Positions 1 through 10,298 of a DNA stretch of 64,000 bases are shown one piece after another. The translations under genes and the position numbers were made by a program. The notes beneath the pieces were generated by a model, which worked only from the letters and a program-made list of their open reading frames with translations, ran no database searches and was not told the DNA's origin. The first letter of the stretch is position 1. Each line of letters begins with the position of its first letter. Source of the DNA: Tolypothrix carrinoi HA7290-LM1 (GTDB taxonomy: Bacteria > Cyanobacteriota > Cyanobacteriia > Cyanobacteriales > Nostocaceae); the NCBI GenBank assembly GCA_019358935.1, contig JAHHIK010000008.1, positions 32,001-96,000 of the forward strand, read 5' to 3'.

Positions 1-605
1 ACGACGATTTTTTTTTCATCACAACCAAGTTTAATGGCTCGTTGTCTAAAAAATTCGCAGTTTGCCAGAAAAAAATCTCCTTTGGCAAATAATTCGTTGT
101 AAACGTCTTTGCCGCGCTCTTTTACATACGAACTGATATCGTAACCACGAAATGAAGTAATTAACTTTCCTTTGATGGCACCAATATCACGGTAAATCAT
201 TCCATCAATTCCGTACATCCCAAACTGGCAATGAATAATATCGTATGCTTCGGTGTTTAATAAGGGTACGATCGCATACAATAACCTCAGAGAAGCAGCT
301 CGTTTGCCATATTTGAAAATGTTAAGCGATCGCATGAACAATAAAGGAGCTTTCAAAAAATGCCGAAATACTAATTCTAGACCTTTTATCAAGCGCCACA
401 AATAATTTTCGGGAACACGCGGGTAATAATGAGTGTGTTTTAGTAAATCATATTTTTCTACATCGGGATGCACTTTCTCAATATCATCTGTTGGATAACT
501 ATAAATATCAACTTTGTGTCCACGCGAAATCAAACCTGTAATTTGATTAAGAATGAACGTCTCTGATAAAACTGGAAAATACTTGACTATAAAGGCGATT
601 TTCAT
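1..605 (-). CDS. GT4 glycosyltransferase, WcaL-like (5' part; runs off window)
   Basis: Manual translation from ATG at 605: MKIAFIVKYFPVLSETFILNQITGLISRGHKVDIY..., a typical WcaL-like N-terminus. Not in the ORF track. Confidence 0.8.
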   Translation of the reverse strand, partial: MKIAFIVKYFPVLSETFILNQITGLISRGHKVDIYSYPTDDIEKVHPDVEKYDLLKHTHYYPRVPENYLWRLIKGLELVFRHFLKAPLLFMRSLNIFKYGKRAASLRLLYAIVPLLNTEAYDIIHCQFGMYGIDGMIYRDIGAIKGKLITSFRGYDISSYVKERGKDVYNELFAKGDFFLANCEFFRQRAIKLGCDEKKIV

Positions 606-967
606 AGAAAAAATTTCCAATTTACTACATTGTGAACTTTTTTTAAGATAATATTTTTTGCGGATGAAAAAACACTTTTTAGGACACCTTTATAATTTCT
701 TTAAATAAACAAACTTAATTAAAAGCTTATCTGAAGATATTAAATTTGTTCCGAGGTAAGAATCACCTTCAAAGGCTTATATAGATGGCTGATGGATGCG
801 AAAAAATATTATTTTCACAGATGAAATTATATTATTTTCATATTTTCCTACACAAGTCAAGTACCATCGGACGGTTATTTTTTAATTGCCAAGGAAGAAA
901 AATAATAAAGTAGAATCAGGCAAAGATACGATCAAAATTAGTAACTTTGCAGGATTTTACTTTTATT

Positions 968-2512
968 ATGTCTTTAACTGAAGAGATACTTTCACAATTA
1001 CCGGGTGATGTTTTGGTCCGATTGCGTCGCAGCGATCGCACTTTGGCATCCCTGAGGGAAAACAACGCATCCATACCAACAATAGTCAAAGAAAGTCAGC
1101 AGTCTTTGGGTGCTGTGGATTGGGATGTTGTTATCTGCGGTGGCACTTTAGGCATTTTAATTGGTTGCGCTTTAGCTTTGAAAGGCTTGCGGGTAGCGTT
1201 GATTGAGCGCTTTATTTTGCGTGGTAGAGAGCAAGAGTGGAATATTTCTCGCAAAGAGTTAGAAGTATTTTTGGAATTAAATTTGCTGACACACGAGGAA
1301 TTAAATCAGGCGATCGCAACCGTTTATAATCCCGCACGAGTCAGCTTTCAAGGTGGTACAGAAGTCTGGGTAGAAAATGTACTGAATATCGGCGTAGACC
1401 CAGTATATCTACTGAATACCTTAAAAGAGCGATTTCTTGCCGCTGGCGGTAAATTGTTTGAAAACACGCCATTTACAGAAGCTGTAGTTCATCCAGATGG
1501 TGTGATGGTTGCTGGCAGCAAGTTCAAAACCAGATTGTTAATTGATGCGATGGGACATCTTTCTCCCATCACGCAGCAAGCACGACAAGGAAAAAAACCA
1601 GATGCTTTGTGTCTAGTTGTGGGAAGTTGCGCTCAAGGATTTCCGGAAAATGATTCTGGCGACTTGTTGTTATCATTCACATCCTTGCAGAATCAATGTC
1701 AGTACTTCTGGGAAGCTTTCCCGGCAAAAGATGGTAGAACCACCTACATGTTTACCTACATGGATGCACATCCACAACGCTTGGGTTTAGAAGCTCTTTT
1801 TGAGGATTATCTTCGCTTGATGCCAGAATATCAGGGTGTGGCATTAAGTCAGCTGAAGTTGCAAAGAGCGCTGTTTGGCTTTTTTCCCACTTATCGTCAA
1901 AGTCCTCTAAAAACTTGTTGGAATCGCATTCTACCAGTGGGAGATAGCAGCGGTAATCAATCCCCATTAAGTTTTGGTGGTTTTGGGGCAATGGTGCGTC
2001 ACTTAAAGCGTTTAACATTGGGCATTCATGAAGCGCTGGAAACAAATCAATTATCTGCAAAGTCGCTCTCTATACTACAACCATATCAGCCAAGTTTGAC
2101 TGTGACTTGGCTATTTCAAAAGGCGATGAGTGCAGGTGTAAATCAAAAAATTGCTCCAGAACAAATTAACCAATTACTCTCGGCGGTATTTCAAGAAATG
2201 CAACAGTTAGGCGAACCAGTACTTAAGCCATTTTTGCAAGATGTGGTGCAGTTTCCGGCACTAACGCAAACACTTTTAAAAACGGGTTTGGCGCATCCGG
2301 GATTGATTGCCAAAGTGATACCGCAAGTAGGTTTAACAAGTTTGCTAGATTGGACGGTGCATTATGGCAATTTAGGTATTTATTCTGTTTTATTTCGGCT
2401 GAGTCCAATGCTAGAACCGTGGATAAAAAGTTTGCCCAGCGAACAACAATATTATTGGCATCGTTTGGTTGATGCTTGGAAATATGGTTCTGGTGGTGAC
2501 TATTCTGATTGA
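968..2512 (+). CDS. cruP: FAD-dependent lycopene cyclase-like protein (CruP/CruA family)
   Basis: DVVICGGTLG FAD motif, GREQEWNISRKE and QSPLSFGGFG motifs; about 515 aa; ATG at 968 preferred over TTG at 947. Confidence 0.7.
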   Translation: MSLTEEILSQLPGDVLVRLRRSDRTLASLRENNASIPTIVKESQQSLGAVDWDVVICGGTLGILIGCALALKGLRVALIERFILRGREQEWNISRKELEVFLELNLLTHEELNQAIATVYNPARVSFQGGTEVWVENVLNIGVDPVYLLNTLKERFLAAGGKLFENTPFTEAVVHPDGVMVAGSKFKTRLLIDAMGHLSPITQQARQGKKPDALCLVVGSCAQGFPENDSGDLLLSFTSLQNQCQYFWEAFPAKDGRTTYMFTYMDAHPQRLGLEALFEDYLRLMPEYQGVALSQLKLQRALFGFFPTYRQSPLKTCWNRILPVGDSSGNQSPLSFGGFGAMVRHLKRLTLGIHEALETNQLSAKSLSILQPYQPSLTVTWLFQKAMSAGVNQKIAPEQINQLLSAVFQEMQQLGEPVLKPFLQDVVQFPALTQTLLKTGLAHPGLIAKVIPQVGLTSLLDWTVHYGNLGIYSVLFRLSPMLEPWIKSLPSEQQYYWHRLVDAWKYGSGGDYSD

Positions 2513-2556
2513 TAATTTGAGAAAAATTCAACTTCAACGAGGTTTGTGAGAATAAT

Positions 2557-3261
2557 ATGATAGAACGGCAATCTCAAGGGATAAAATACTTTGCGGTACT
2601 AATTGGTTTATTACGCGATCGCCAAGCATTTCTAGAAGAAATTCGCGAAGGAACGAGATTACCAAGTAAAATCATTTCTCTACTAGTTTGCAGTTCGATA
2701 TTTATTGCGATTTATGGCGGAATTATCGGTGCATATCATAGTTGGATGCAAGCTTTATCTTCCGCTGTAAAACTGCCATCTCTCTATTTAATCACGTTGC
2801 TGATTTGTCTGCCGACGTTGTATTTTTCTAATGTTATTTTTGGTTCAAGGCGGAATTTTCCTCAACATTTTGCATTGGTGCTAACTGCGGTTTCAATAAC
2901 AAGTGTGTTGTTATTCAGTTTTGCACCAATCACACTGTTTTTCTTGATAACGACTAATAATTACCAGTTTTTAATTCTGTTAAATGTAGTTATCTTTGCT
3001 TTAACTGGATTTATTGGAATTTCTTCTTTATATCAAGCAACCAGCTTGGTTTTAGAGCAAGATAATCAAGGTAGCAATACCCGCAAGAAAATCTTACAAT
3101 TTTGGTTATTACTTTATGCTTTTGTAGGTAGTCAGTTAGGGTGGACTCTCAGACCATTTTTCGGCACACCTGATTCTCCTTTTCAACTGTTTCGAGAAAG
3201 GGAAGGCAACTTTTATTTGAGTATTATTCAGGCTATTGGCTACCTTTTAGGGTTTCGTTAG
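2557..3261 (+). CDS. Multi-pass membrane protein, Yip1-like topology (paralog 1)
   Basis: About 5 hydrophobic segments; C-terminal YAFVGSQLGWTLRPFFG motif. Confidence 0.7.
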   Translation: MIERQSQGIKYFAVLIGLLRDRQAFLEEIREGTRLPSKIISLLVCSSIFIAIYGGIIGAYHSWMQALSSAVKLPSLYLITLLICLPTLYFSNVIFGSRRNFPQHFALVLTAVSITSVLLFSFAPITLFFLITTNNYQFLILLNVVIFALTGFIGISSLYQATSLVLEQDNQGSNTRKKILQFWLLLYAFVGSQLGWTLRPFFGTPDSPFQLFREREGNFYLSIIQAIGYLLGFR

Positions 3262-3455
3262 TGGATAGTGGGAGCGTTGATAGTAGATAGTAGATAGTGG
3301 ATAGTGGGTAGTGGTTAGTGGGAGCGTAGATAGTGGATAGTGGATAGTGGGAGCGTAGATAGTGGTTAGTGGATAGTAGATAGCAACGCTCGAACTGACA
3401 ACCAACAACTAACAACCAACAACTAACAACTAACAAATAACAAATAACAACCAAC
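3262..3455. repeat. STRR heptamer array (TAGTGGA-type arm followed by AACTAAC/AACCAAC-type arm)
   Basis: Tandem 7-mers directly visible between the two paralogs. Confidence 0.85.
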
Positions 3456-3464
3456 AAAATTAAT

Positions 3465-4172
3465 ATGCTTCATAAACAATCTCGTCAAATCAAGCACTTT
3501 GCTATTCTGATTAGTTTACTACGCGATCGCCAAAATTTTCTCGAAGAAATTCGTCAGGGAACGGGATTACAAAGTAAAACTACTTCTCTGTTTGTTTCTA
3601 GTTCTATTTTCTTTGCCATATATGGGGGAATTATTGGTGCATCTCATAGTTGGGCACAGGCATTATCTGGTGCGATTAAACTACCAGCGTTTTACTTATT
3701 AACGCTTATCATTTGTTTTCCAACTTTGTTCTTTTTTAATGTTTTATTTGGTTCCCGTAGCAGTATTCAACAGCATTTTGTTGTGTTGCTCACAGCTGTG
3801 TCAGTGATTAGTGTTTTGTTATTCAGCTTGGCACCAGTTACGCTGTTTTTTATGATTACTGCTCCAGATTCTTATCAATTTTTTAAGCTGTTGAATGTGT
3901 TAGTTTTTGGCATCACAGGTGCATTTGGGGTTAAGTTCCTTTATGAAGGAATGCAGTTACTTTCTCAACAAGATGAGGTAGGAAAACGAACCCGCACGAC
4001 TATTTTAAGATCCTGGCTATTTCTCTATGCTTTTGTGGGGATGCAGTTAGGATGGTTTCTCAGACCATTTTTTGGGGCACCTGGAACTAAATTTGAGTTG
4101 TTTCGGGCAGTGCAAGGTAACTTTTACCTTGATATTGTAGCAGCGATGTCAGAGATTTTCGGTTTTCGTTAA
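3465..4172 (+). CDS. Multi-pass membrane protein (paralog 2 of 2557..3261)
   Basis: Colinear with the upstream ORF (LLRDRQxFLEEIR; YAFVGMQLGWFLRPFFG). Confidence 0.75.
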   Translation: MLHKQSRQIKHFAILISLLRDRQNFLEEIRQGTGLQSKTTSLFVSSSIFFAIYGGIIGASHSWAQALSGAIKLPAFYLLTLIICFPTLFFFNVLFGSRSSIQQHFVVLLTAVSVISVLLFSLAPVTLFFMITAPDSYQFFKLLNVLVFGITGAFGVKFLYEGMQLLSQQDEVGKRTRTTILRSWLFLYAFVGMQLGWFLRPFFGAPGTKFELFRAVQGNFYLDIVAAMSEIFGFR

Positions 4173-4195
4173 TAGTGCCTTAAATTTTGCCCGAA

Positions 4196-4303
4196 CGACT
4201 AAAAGTCGCGGCTATACAAACAAAGTCCGCCTACGCGGACTAATAATTTTAAAGCCTGTGAAGACAGGCTTTGTTCGTTTAGCCCCACCCTTCTAGGGTG
4301 AGG
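4196..4303. repeat. REPIN/MITE-like four-palindrome element
   Basis: Palindromes cgactaaaagtcg, agtccgcctacgcggact, agcctgtgaagacaggct and cacccttctagggtg, between convergent genes. Confidence 0.65.
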
Positions 4304-4312
4304 GTAATTTTA

Positions 4313-4855
4313 TCACCCCAACAATTCATCAACTGATACATTGAAACCTTTTAACATTTGAGTGCTGACAATTTCACTATCAGTAAACACAAGTCGCTGA
4401 TTTTTGGTAATCGTAATTATCCAACGATTTTCGGGAAACACTAACCAAACTTCTTCGCATCCAGACTGCAAATATTCTTGAGATTTAGCAATTACATCTT
4501 CAGCCAAATCTGTAGGAGAAACTATCTCAGCAATTAGTGGGAAACTTTGGGGTAAAACAGCAGGTTCACCAAACTGGGTAATTAGTTCTGGTGTGAGATA
4601 AGCAACATCAGGAACACGTCCTTGTTTGTTGGTGCGACAAGCTACTTCTGTATAAACTTCTCCCCCTTGTCCGCTAGACTCTTTGTAATTTCTCCAGTAA
4701 ACTGCTACATTAGCTTGAATCCGACTATGTTTAAGTGTCACTCCGTTTTTCTCCACTAATTGCCCATCCACCCATTCTGTATTCTCAGGGGGATTTTGCA
4801 TCCAGTCTTCTAATGAAAATGTTGATACATTTGCAAGAATTGTAGAAGTTATCAT
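4313..4855 (-). CDS. Uma2-family endonuclease
   Basis: EWVDG, RVPDVAY, LIAEIVSP and YLQSGCEEVWLV motifs. Confidence 0.9.
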   Translation of the reverse strand: MITSTILANVSTFSLEDWMQNPPENTEWVDGQLVEKNGVTLKHSRIQANVAVYWRNYKESSGQGGEVYTEVACRTNKQGRVPDVAYLTPELITQFGEPAVLPQSFPLIAEIVSPTDLAEDVIAKSQEYLQSGCEEVWLVFPENRWIITITKNQRLVFTDSEIVSTQMLKGFNVSVDELLG

Positions 4856-4890
4856 TAATATCTATTCTCCTTTGACAGCGGTTACTAAAA

Positions 4891-7242
4891 TTATGGCTGA
4901 TTATTTATGAAAGCATCCATAGCTGTTTGTACTTTCTCAATTTGTTTGGGTGCTTGCATTTCGTGAAAAAGAGCGATCGCACTCTCAAAATTTTCTCTAC
5001 TCTGGTTAACTTCACCTTTTTTTTGATTAGTTAATGCTAATTGATAATAAGCTTCAGCTAAATCACATTTTGCGCCTATTTTGTCAAGGATTTTTATTGA
5101 TTCTAAATGATGCAAAAGCGATTTCTCAAATTCTTGCTGTTCTCGATACAGTTCCCCTAAACAACTTATCGCTTTCGCTTTCACCTGAGCAAAGTGATTT
5201 TCTTCAGCATATAATATAGCTCTTTCACATAACTCGAATGATTTTGGGATATTTCCTAAATTTTTATAAGTGAAACATAAAAATAATAAGTTATATCCAG
5301 TTCCCCAAGCTGTCAATTTAGTTGTAGACATGGCTGTTTCCACCTTTTCAGCTAGGGAAAAAGCCTCTTCTGTTAGCTCTAAACACGAGTTGACGAAAGC
5401 CAGACAGCATTCTGAATAAACGATATACTCATATGAAGTTTCAGTTTGTTCTACAATCGAGCAAACCGAATTGAAAAAGAATTTAGCTTCTTCAAGCTCC
5501 CATAACTCCATTTTGCAGAGTCCTATATTAAACAAGGGAGATATTTTCAGGATGTTAAGTTCAAATTTTTCTACAATTATCCTTGACTCTTGATGGCATT
5601 CTAAAGCTGTGGAAACTCTTCCAATTAATCGATAACTATAACCGAGAATATTATAAAGCCTACTACGTTTATCATGACAGCTAATATTGTCGATTATCTG
5701 CGTTATTACAGAAATGATTTTTTGAATTAAACCTAATTGATAAAATGAACAGCCTAATGGTAAAGTAATTTTTTGTTTATTATCTCTTCTATAAAGAATC
5801 ACACCACCCGCTTGTTCCAAATCATTAATTTCCAGAAAGTGATAATAAGCCTCCAAAGCGCTTAAGGCATCAGTTGTATTTTCGACTTCTGTAATTATCT
5901 GCCTCCAAAAGTCTGCGGCTTTTCGATTGACTAATTCCCATTCTTCACTTACTAATCTAAGTCTGCCAATCGCTTCATCTCTAATTACTGGGTGCAGCCA
6001 ATATTGCCCTTTTTTAGCTTCTATTAACGATAAATCTTGCAAGGCTTTAATCACACGTCTGCGTTGTTGTTCAGGTACATCCCAAAGCAAACAGAAAATT
6101 CCCTCTATGGGTACTGAAGGAATATCTTGATAGCGATAGCATCCCAAACGACACAAAAGACGATAAGCTTCTAAATCTATTTGTTGTAATCGATTAAACT
6201 GGCTTGCAACTAAATCTTTTAACTCTCTTTCGATTAGCAAATCTGTAGAGTTTTCTTGCCAATATGCATCTATATCACCTTGAAAATCTGTGAATATTGC
6301 TCCTCTGAGAATTTGCATTGCTTTGGCATTACCTCCATAAGCTCTGCACATTTCATTCAGGACGTTTGAATTACAATTTATGTTACGACTGCTGAAAAAT
6401 TGTTGCCATACCTGCTCATCTAAACCTTCTAATGAGTAAAGATGAACTTCTAGACTCGACTCACGCAGACGCTCACGACTTGTGACTAAAGTAACTGAAT
6501 GCACATCCGAATCGCTTAATACTCTTAATAGTTCCACATAAGGACGACGAGATTCTAAAAACTTACCATTTTTCTCAAGGGCAGTTTCCAAATTGTCAAT
6601 AAATACGCCAATTTTCCGAGATTGATTTCTCAGCTTTCGTCGCAGTCGCTCTAAGTTTATCCCAAAATCTCTTCCTGGTTCTTCATTAAAATCTCGCCGC
6701 AACCATTCTTCAACTACACTCTCTACAGGGGTGAGGTTTTGGATTTCTGTTGCCATCCACAGTTCTAAAACAAAGTCGAAATTTTGCGCTTTGAAATACT
6801 TACGAGCTAGAGTTGTTTTGCCTACACCACCTTCCGCTTGAATGAGAATCACTTTCGCACCACTGTTGATGATGTTGTGGAGTTCAGCTATTTCGCGATC
6901 GCGTCCCAAAAAGTTAGAATCAATACTTGATCTAACGCCATTTGTCAATTCAATACTTGCGCTGTTGTTGCCATACTGCTGTTTCCATCGTTCCACTGCG
7001 CTTTGAAAGCTTCCCTTTGTGATTTTTTCTCCCAATACCTCTGAGAGTAACTGCCAAAGTGCCGCTCCAACTTCTTTTAAATATACAGACGAGTATGCAC
7101 AACTCTTTGCAATGTCGTCATACGTCTTTCTTTGATCCTGCCATAAATCAGAAAATATAATCCTTTGGGGTTGTTCTAAGTGTCTCCCTGTTTTTACAAA
7201 CACCAATCTGTCGGCAAATTCTAAGGCTTCTTCCGCACCCAT
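4891..7242 (-). CDS. STAND-like NTPase: N-terminal HTH-like domain, NB-ARC-like ATPase, TPRs
   Basis: FLGRDRE, Walker A EGGVGKT, Walker B VFIDNLE, LVTSRE, winged-helix LHPVIR, C-terminal TPR helices. Confidence 0.85.
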   Translation of the reverse strand: MGAEEALEFADRLVFVKTGRHLEQPQRIIFSDLWQDQRKTYDDIAKSCAYSSVYLKEVGAALWQLLSEVLGEKITKGSFQSAVERWKQQYGNNSASIELTNGVRSSIDSNFLGRDREIAELHNIINSGAKVILIQAEGGVGKTTLARKYFKAQNFDFVLELWMATEIQNLTPVESVVEEWLRRDFNEEPGRDFGINLERLRRKLRNQSRKIGVFIDNLETALEKNGKFLESRRPYVELLRVLSDSDVHSVTLVTSRERLRESSLEVHLYSLEGLDEQVWQQFFSSRNINCNSNVLNEMCRAYGGNAKAMQILRGAIFTDFQGDIDAYWQENSTDLLIERELKDLVASQFNRLQQIDLEAYRLLCRLGCYRYQDIPSVPIEGIFCLLWDVPEQQRRRVIKALQDLSLIEAKKGQYWLHPVIRDEAIGRLRLVSEEWELVNRKAADFWRQIITEVENTTDALSALEAYYHFLEINDLEQAGGVILYRRDNKQKITLPLGCSFYQLGLIQKIISVITQIIDNISCHDKRSRLYNILGYSYRLIGRVSTALECHQESRIIVEKFELNILKISPLFNIGLCKMELWELEEAKFFFNSVCSIVEQTETSYEYIVYSECCLAFVNSCLELTEEAFSLAEKVETAMSTTKLTAWGTGYNLLFLCFTYKNLGNIPKSFELCERAILYAEENHFAQVKAKAISCLGELYREQQEFEKSLLHHLESIKILDKIGAKCDLAEAYYQLALTNQKKGEVNQSRENFESAIALFHEMQAPKQIEKVQTAMDAFINNQP

Positions 7243-7660
7243 TGGTTATTGAAGTTGAAGTATCGTTTTTTCTTCAATGTAGCGTGATTTTTCCTACTTT
7301 TTCCAACTTCTTCCCATACAACCTACTTTTTCCCACCAATTTCGTCAGTAAAACTACCCACTTAATCCGGCTGACAAGCTATAAATTATTCAATACACTT
7401 TATAGTATGAAAGATAAAGTTTACTACCCAGCTTTAAAGGGCACAATCTCCAGAAATGCTCAGAGTTAATTTGGTGAGGAGATATTTTTTATAACTCTGA
7501 TACTGCGGTGAAAGAAGGAGTGTTAGTAATTGTGCCAACAGTACATACATAAATGACTAATTAAAGCTGTGTTATCTAAAACTACCTGAGGTATTTACTG
7601 ACTCAATTGAGGAAAACGTCCGAACATTTACTAGCTAACTCTTGATTACGGGGTTAAATT

Positions 7661-7924
7661 ATGTTCCCAAAAGACTGTCCTCACGATTGCGAAAACAATC
7701 ATTGTCCTTTTGCCCAAGACACGCATAATCCTAACAGATATGTCTGCCTGAAGTGCGGTTTTGATAGAGAAATAGATCGAAATCGATTTAGTTTTGGTTC
7801 ATTTTTGCTGCTTATTTTCACCATGCTGGTAATAGTATCGCTGTTAGCTAATGATGGTAAGCAAAATAAAAAATCAGTGCCAGAAAAGCCAAAGCAACCT
7901 TCTTTATCATCCATCATCTTGTAA
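7661..7924 (+). CDS. Small Cys-rich (Zn-ribbon-like) single-TM protein
   Basis: CPHDC...HCP...CLKC followed by a hydrophobic helix; ATG start. Confidence 0.6.
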   Translation: MFPKDCPHDCENNHCPFAQDTHNPNRYVCLKCGFDREIDRNRFSFGSFLLLIFTMLVIVSLLANDGKQNKKSVPEKPKQPSLSSIIL

Positions 7925-7972
7925 ACGCGATTCAGCTTTTTTTAATCAGCAACATAATGTGAGTGTAAAACT

Positions 7973-8200
7973 ATGACTACGAATCAATATACGCCTTTGA
8001 TGCGATTGGTTTCCAAAATTCTCAAGTATTTCTTGTTGGTAATGTTAGGCTTTGCGATCGCCTACATTTTATCAACGGCTTTTAATGCCTTACCTATTGC
8101 CAAAATACTACTACCTTTAGTAGTAACTTGGTTTCAAAAGTTAGGAATTATTCTCTTGTGTTTGTTAGCAGCAGCAGTAATTCTTGAATCTTGGCGTTAA
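7973..8200 (+). CDS. Small two-TM membrane protein
   Basis: 75 aa with two hydrophobic segments; co-oriented with the previous ORF. Confidence 0.6.
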   Translation: MTTNQYTPLMRLVSKILKYFLLVMLGFAIAYILSTAFNALPIAKILLPLVVTWFQKLGIILLCLLAAAVILESWR

Positions 8201-8249
8201 AAATTGAGGAAGTAGGGAATGTCATATCTTGCACCAACCTTCTCGTTCA

Positions 8250-8361
8250 CCAAGAAATAAATTTCTTGGCTCAAAGCTAAAGTCCGTTAAAACGGACTGA
8301 AATGCATATCTAGTCCGTTTTAACGGACTTTAACTATTAGCCTTGAACTTAAGTTCAAGGC
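8250..8361. repeat. REPIN/MITE-like four-palindrome element
   Basis: Palindromes ccaagaaataaatttcttgg, agtccgttaaaacggact, agtccgttttaacggact and gccttgaacttaagttcaaggc. Confidence 0.7.
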
Positions 8362-8456
8362 TTGCTTAAGGCGAGGTGTATTTCTCTGAATAATGCTTCT
8401 TGTTTCTCTATTTCCCTATCTTCCTTTAGCATTCAGAAACTTGAGTTGTTGATATC

Positions 8457-8494
8457 TCATATCCCCGACTTCGTAAAAGTTGTCGGGGATATGA
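8457..8494. repeat. Dispersed hairpin repeat (related copy at about 19307-19340)
   Basis: tcatatccccgac...gtcggggatatga perfect stem; the second copy reads agattcccgac...atcgggaatct. Confidence 0.55.
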
Positions 8495-8625
8495 ACAGCG
8501 TATCTTAATTTATGTTAAATTACTAATTTATCCACTTCAGCTGTATGCTAAGGTTAATTAAATTATCTAAAAATAGATTAAATATAAATAAATTCTTAAG
8601 ATGTTGACATTATCCCAACAAATTA

Positions 8626-8955
8626 ATGCTCGATTTCAACACCATAAGTGAGTTATCCCGCGCCAACTGCGTGAGTATTTGTGCATTTCTCGTGCCAGCC
8701 AACTTACTGGCAACATCCTCGACAATCATCTTGGCAGCACTACGCCGCCCAACACGTCAAGTATGGCAAGCGTGTACAATTGCCACGTTTTTCGCTGTAG
8801 TGATGATATTACATGTCTATACTTGGTTTGCGATCGGCGTCGTCATGGCTCCTACTTATATCCTCATGTGGCTAGCAATCACCTGTTTGCTGTCTAATTT
8901 CGGAGCGATTCTGCTGCAAAGACACTTCCCTAAGATCCTCAGCTTCGGAAGATAA
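8626..8955 (+). CDS. Cyanobacterial small membrane protein
   Basis: 109 aa with 3 TM segments; CVSICAFLVPANL and WFAIGVVMAPTYIL motifs. Confidence 0.75.
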   Translation: MLDFNTISELSRANCVSICAFLVPANLLATSSTIILAALRRPTRQVWQACTIATFFAVVMILHVYTWFAIGVVMAPTYILMWLAITCLLSNFGAILLQRHFPKILSFGR

Positions 8956-8996
8956 AGCGTCTTTGCACCCTAGGACTGTAAATCACTAGCTCACGA

Positions 8997-9021
8997 AAAA
9001 GCCTGCTCCCGGCAGGCTTTT
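8997..9021 (+). terminator. Intrinsic terminator (bidirectional-type)
   Basis: aaaagcctgc-tcccg-gcaggctttt hairpin. Confidence 0.6.
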
Positions 9022-9140
9022 AAATACTAAAATTGCAAAAAACCTATACCTATAAGCCGCATTCCCTACTCAATTACTAACTGATTGACAATTGATGGCT
9101 TAGAATAAAAAGGTTGTCAAAAATTGCGATATCTGCTGTC

Positions 9141-9314
9141 ATGGCTGTTCCTAAGAAGAAAACATCGAAGTCCAAAAGAGATAAACGCCGAGCTACCTGG
9201 AGGCACAAAGCTGTAATTGAAGCTCAGAAAGCTCTCTCCTTAGGCAAGTCGATTTTGTCTGGACGTTCTACATTTGTCTATCCAACTGCTGAAGAAGAGG
9301 AAGAAGAAGAATAA
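9141..9314 (+). CDS. rpmF: 50S ribosomal protein L32
   Basis: [23 protein letters not shown] at 9141. Confidence 0.95.
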   Translation: MAVPKKKTSKSKRDKRRATWRHKAVIEAQKALSLGKSILSGRSTFVYPTAEEEEEEE

Positions 9315-9600
9315 TTTCCTCTTGAATAGGTAGTCCGGAAAAGCTAATCGAGTTAATGAGAAATTGGTAATCGGTAATTGGGAACACCTATTACCGATGA
9401 CCGATGACCAAGGCGTAAATAATCGTATAAAGATTAATTAAGTAAATGAGTGTAAGATAAACGCGCTTTAATGTAGTGAGCGGCTCTATCCTTTGAAAGC
9501 TTTGCTATGAGCGGTAAACCGCTCACTACGTATTAGGAGTACATTTTATATTTAATTACGCTCACTTACTTATCTTCAGAAAACTTATTTTTTTTCAATT

Positions 9601-10194
9601 ATGGTAGGTAAATTTTTTCAGAAACCACAAAAAGAAGAAAGCGTTCGCGTTCCTCAAGGGCAATATTTAACTAAAGGCTTCCCTGTCTTAACTTACGGTG
9701 CAACGCCCAAAATTAACATAGATGAATGGGAATTTAAAGTTTGGGGTTTGGCAAAACCTGCGACTTTTACTTGGTCTGATTTTATGGCATTACCCCAACA
9801 TCAATTTACAGCAGATTTTCACTGTGTAACACGTTGGTCAAAACTTGATGTCAAGTGGACTGGTATTAAAGTTACAGACTTTATGAAGCTGATTGAGGTA
9901 GACCCGAAAGCTGCTCACATTATGGAACACAGCTACGGTGGCTACACTACTAATATTGCAATGGAAGATTTTGTGCGCGAAGAAAACTTCTTTGCTTTTA
10001 AAGTATTTGATGAAGATTTGCCAACAGAACATGGTGGTCCAATGCGGTTAGTTGTTCCCCATCTTTACGCTTGGAAAAGTGCTAAATGGATTAATGGTTT
10101 AGAATTTTTAGAGCGCGAAGAACTCGGTTTTTGGGAACGTAATGGTTATCACCGTCGTGGTGAACCTTGGGCTGAAGAACGTTATAGCAACTAA
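9601..10194 (+). CDS. Sulfite oxidase-like molybdopterin oxidoreductase
   Basis: DFHCVTRWS, EHGGPMRLVVPHLYAWKSAKW and GFWERNGYH motifs. Confidence 0.9.
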   Translation: MVGKFFQKPQKEESVRVPQGQYLTKGFPVLTYGATPKINIDEWEFKVWGLAKPATFTWSDFMALPQHQFTADFHCVTRWSKLDVKWTGIKVTDFMKLIEVDPKAAHIMEHSYGGYTTNIAMEDFVREENFFAFKVFDEDLPTEHGGPMRLVVPHLYAWKSAKWINGLEFLEREELGFWERNGYHRRGEPWAEERYSN

Positions 10195-10195
10195 T

Positions 10196-10298
10196 AATGG
10201 GGAATGGGGAATGGGGAATGGGTAATGGGTAATGGGTGATGGATTTTACCAATTACCTATTACCAATTCCCAATTACCTATTCCCAATTACCAATTCC
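10196..10298. repeat. STRR inverted heptamer arrays between convergent genes
   Basis: (GGGAATG/GGTAATG)n followed by (ATTACCA/ATTCCCA)n. Confidence 0.85.
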
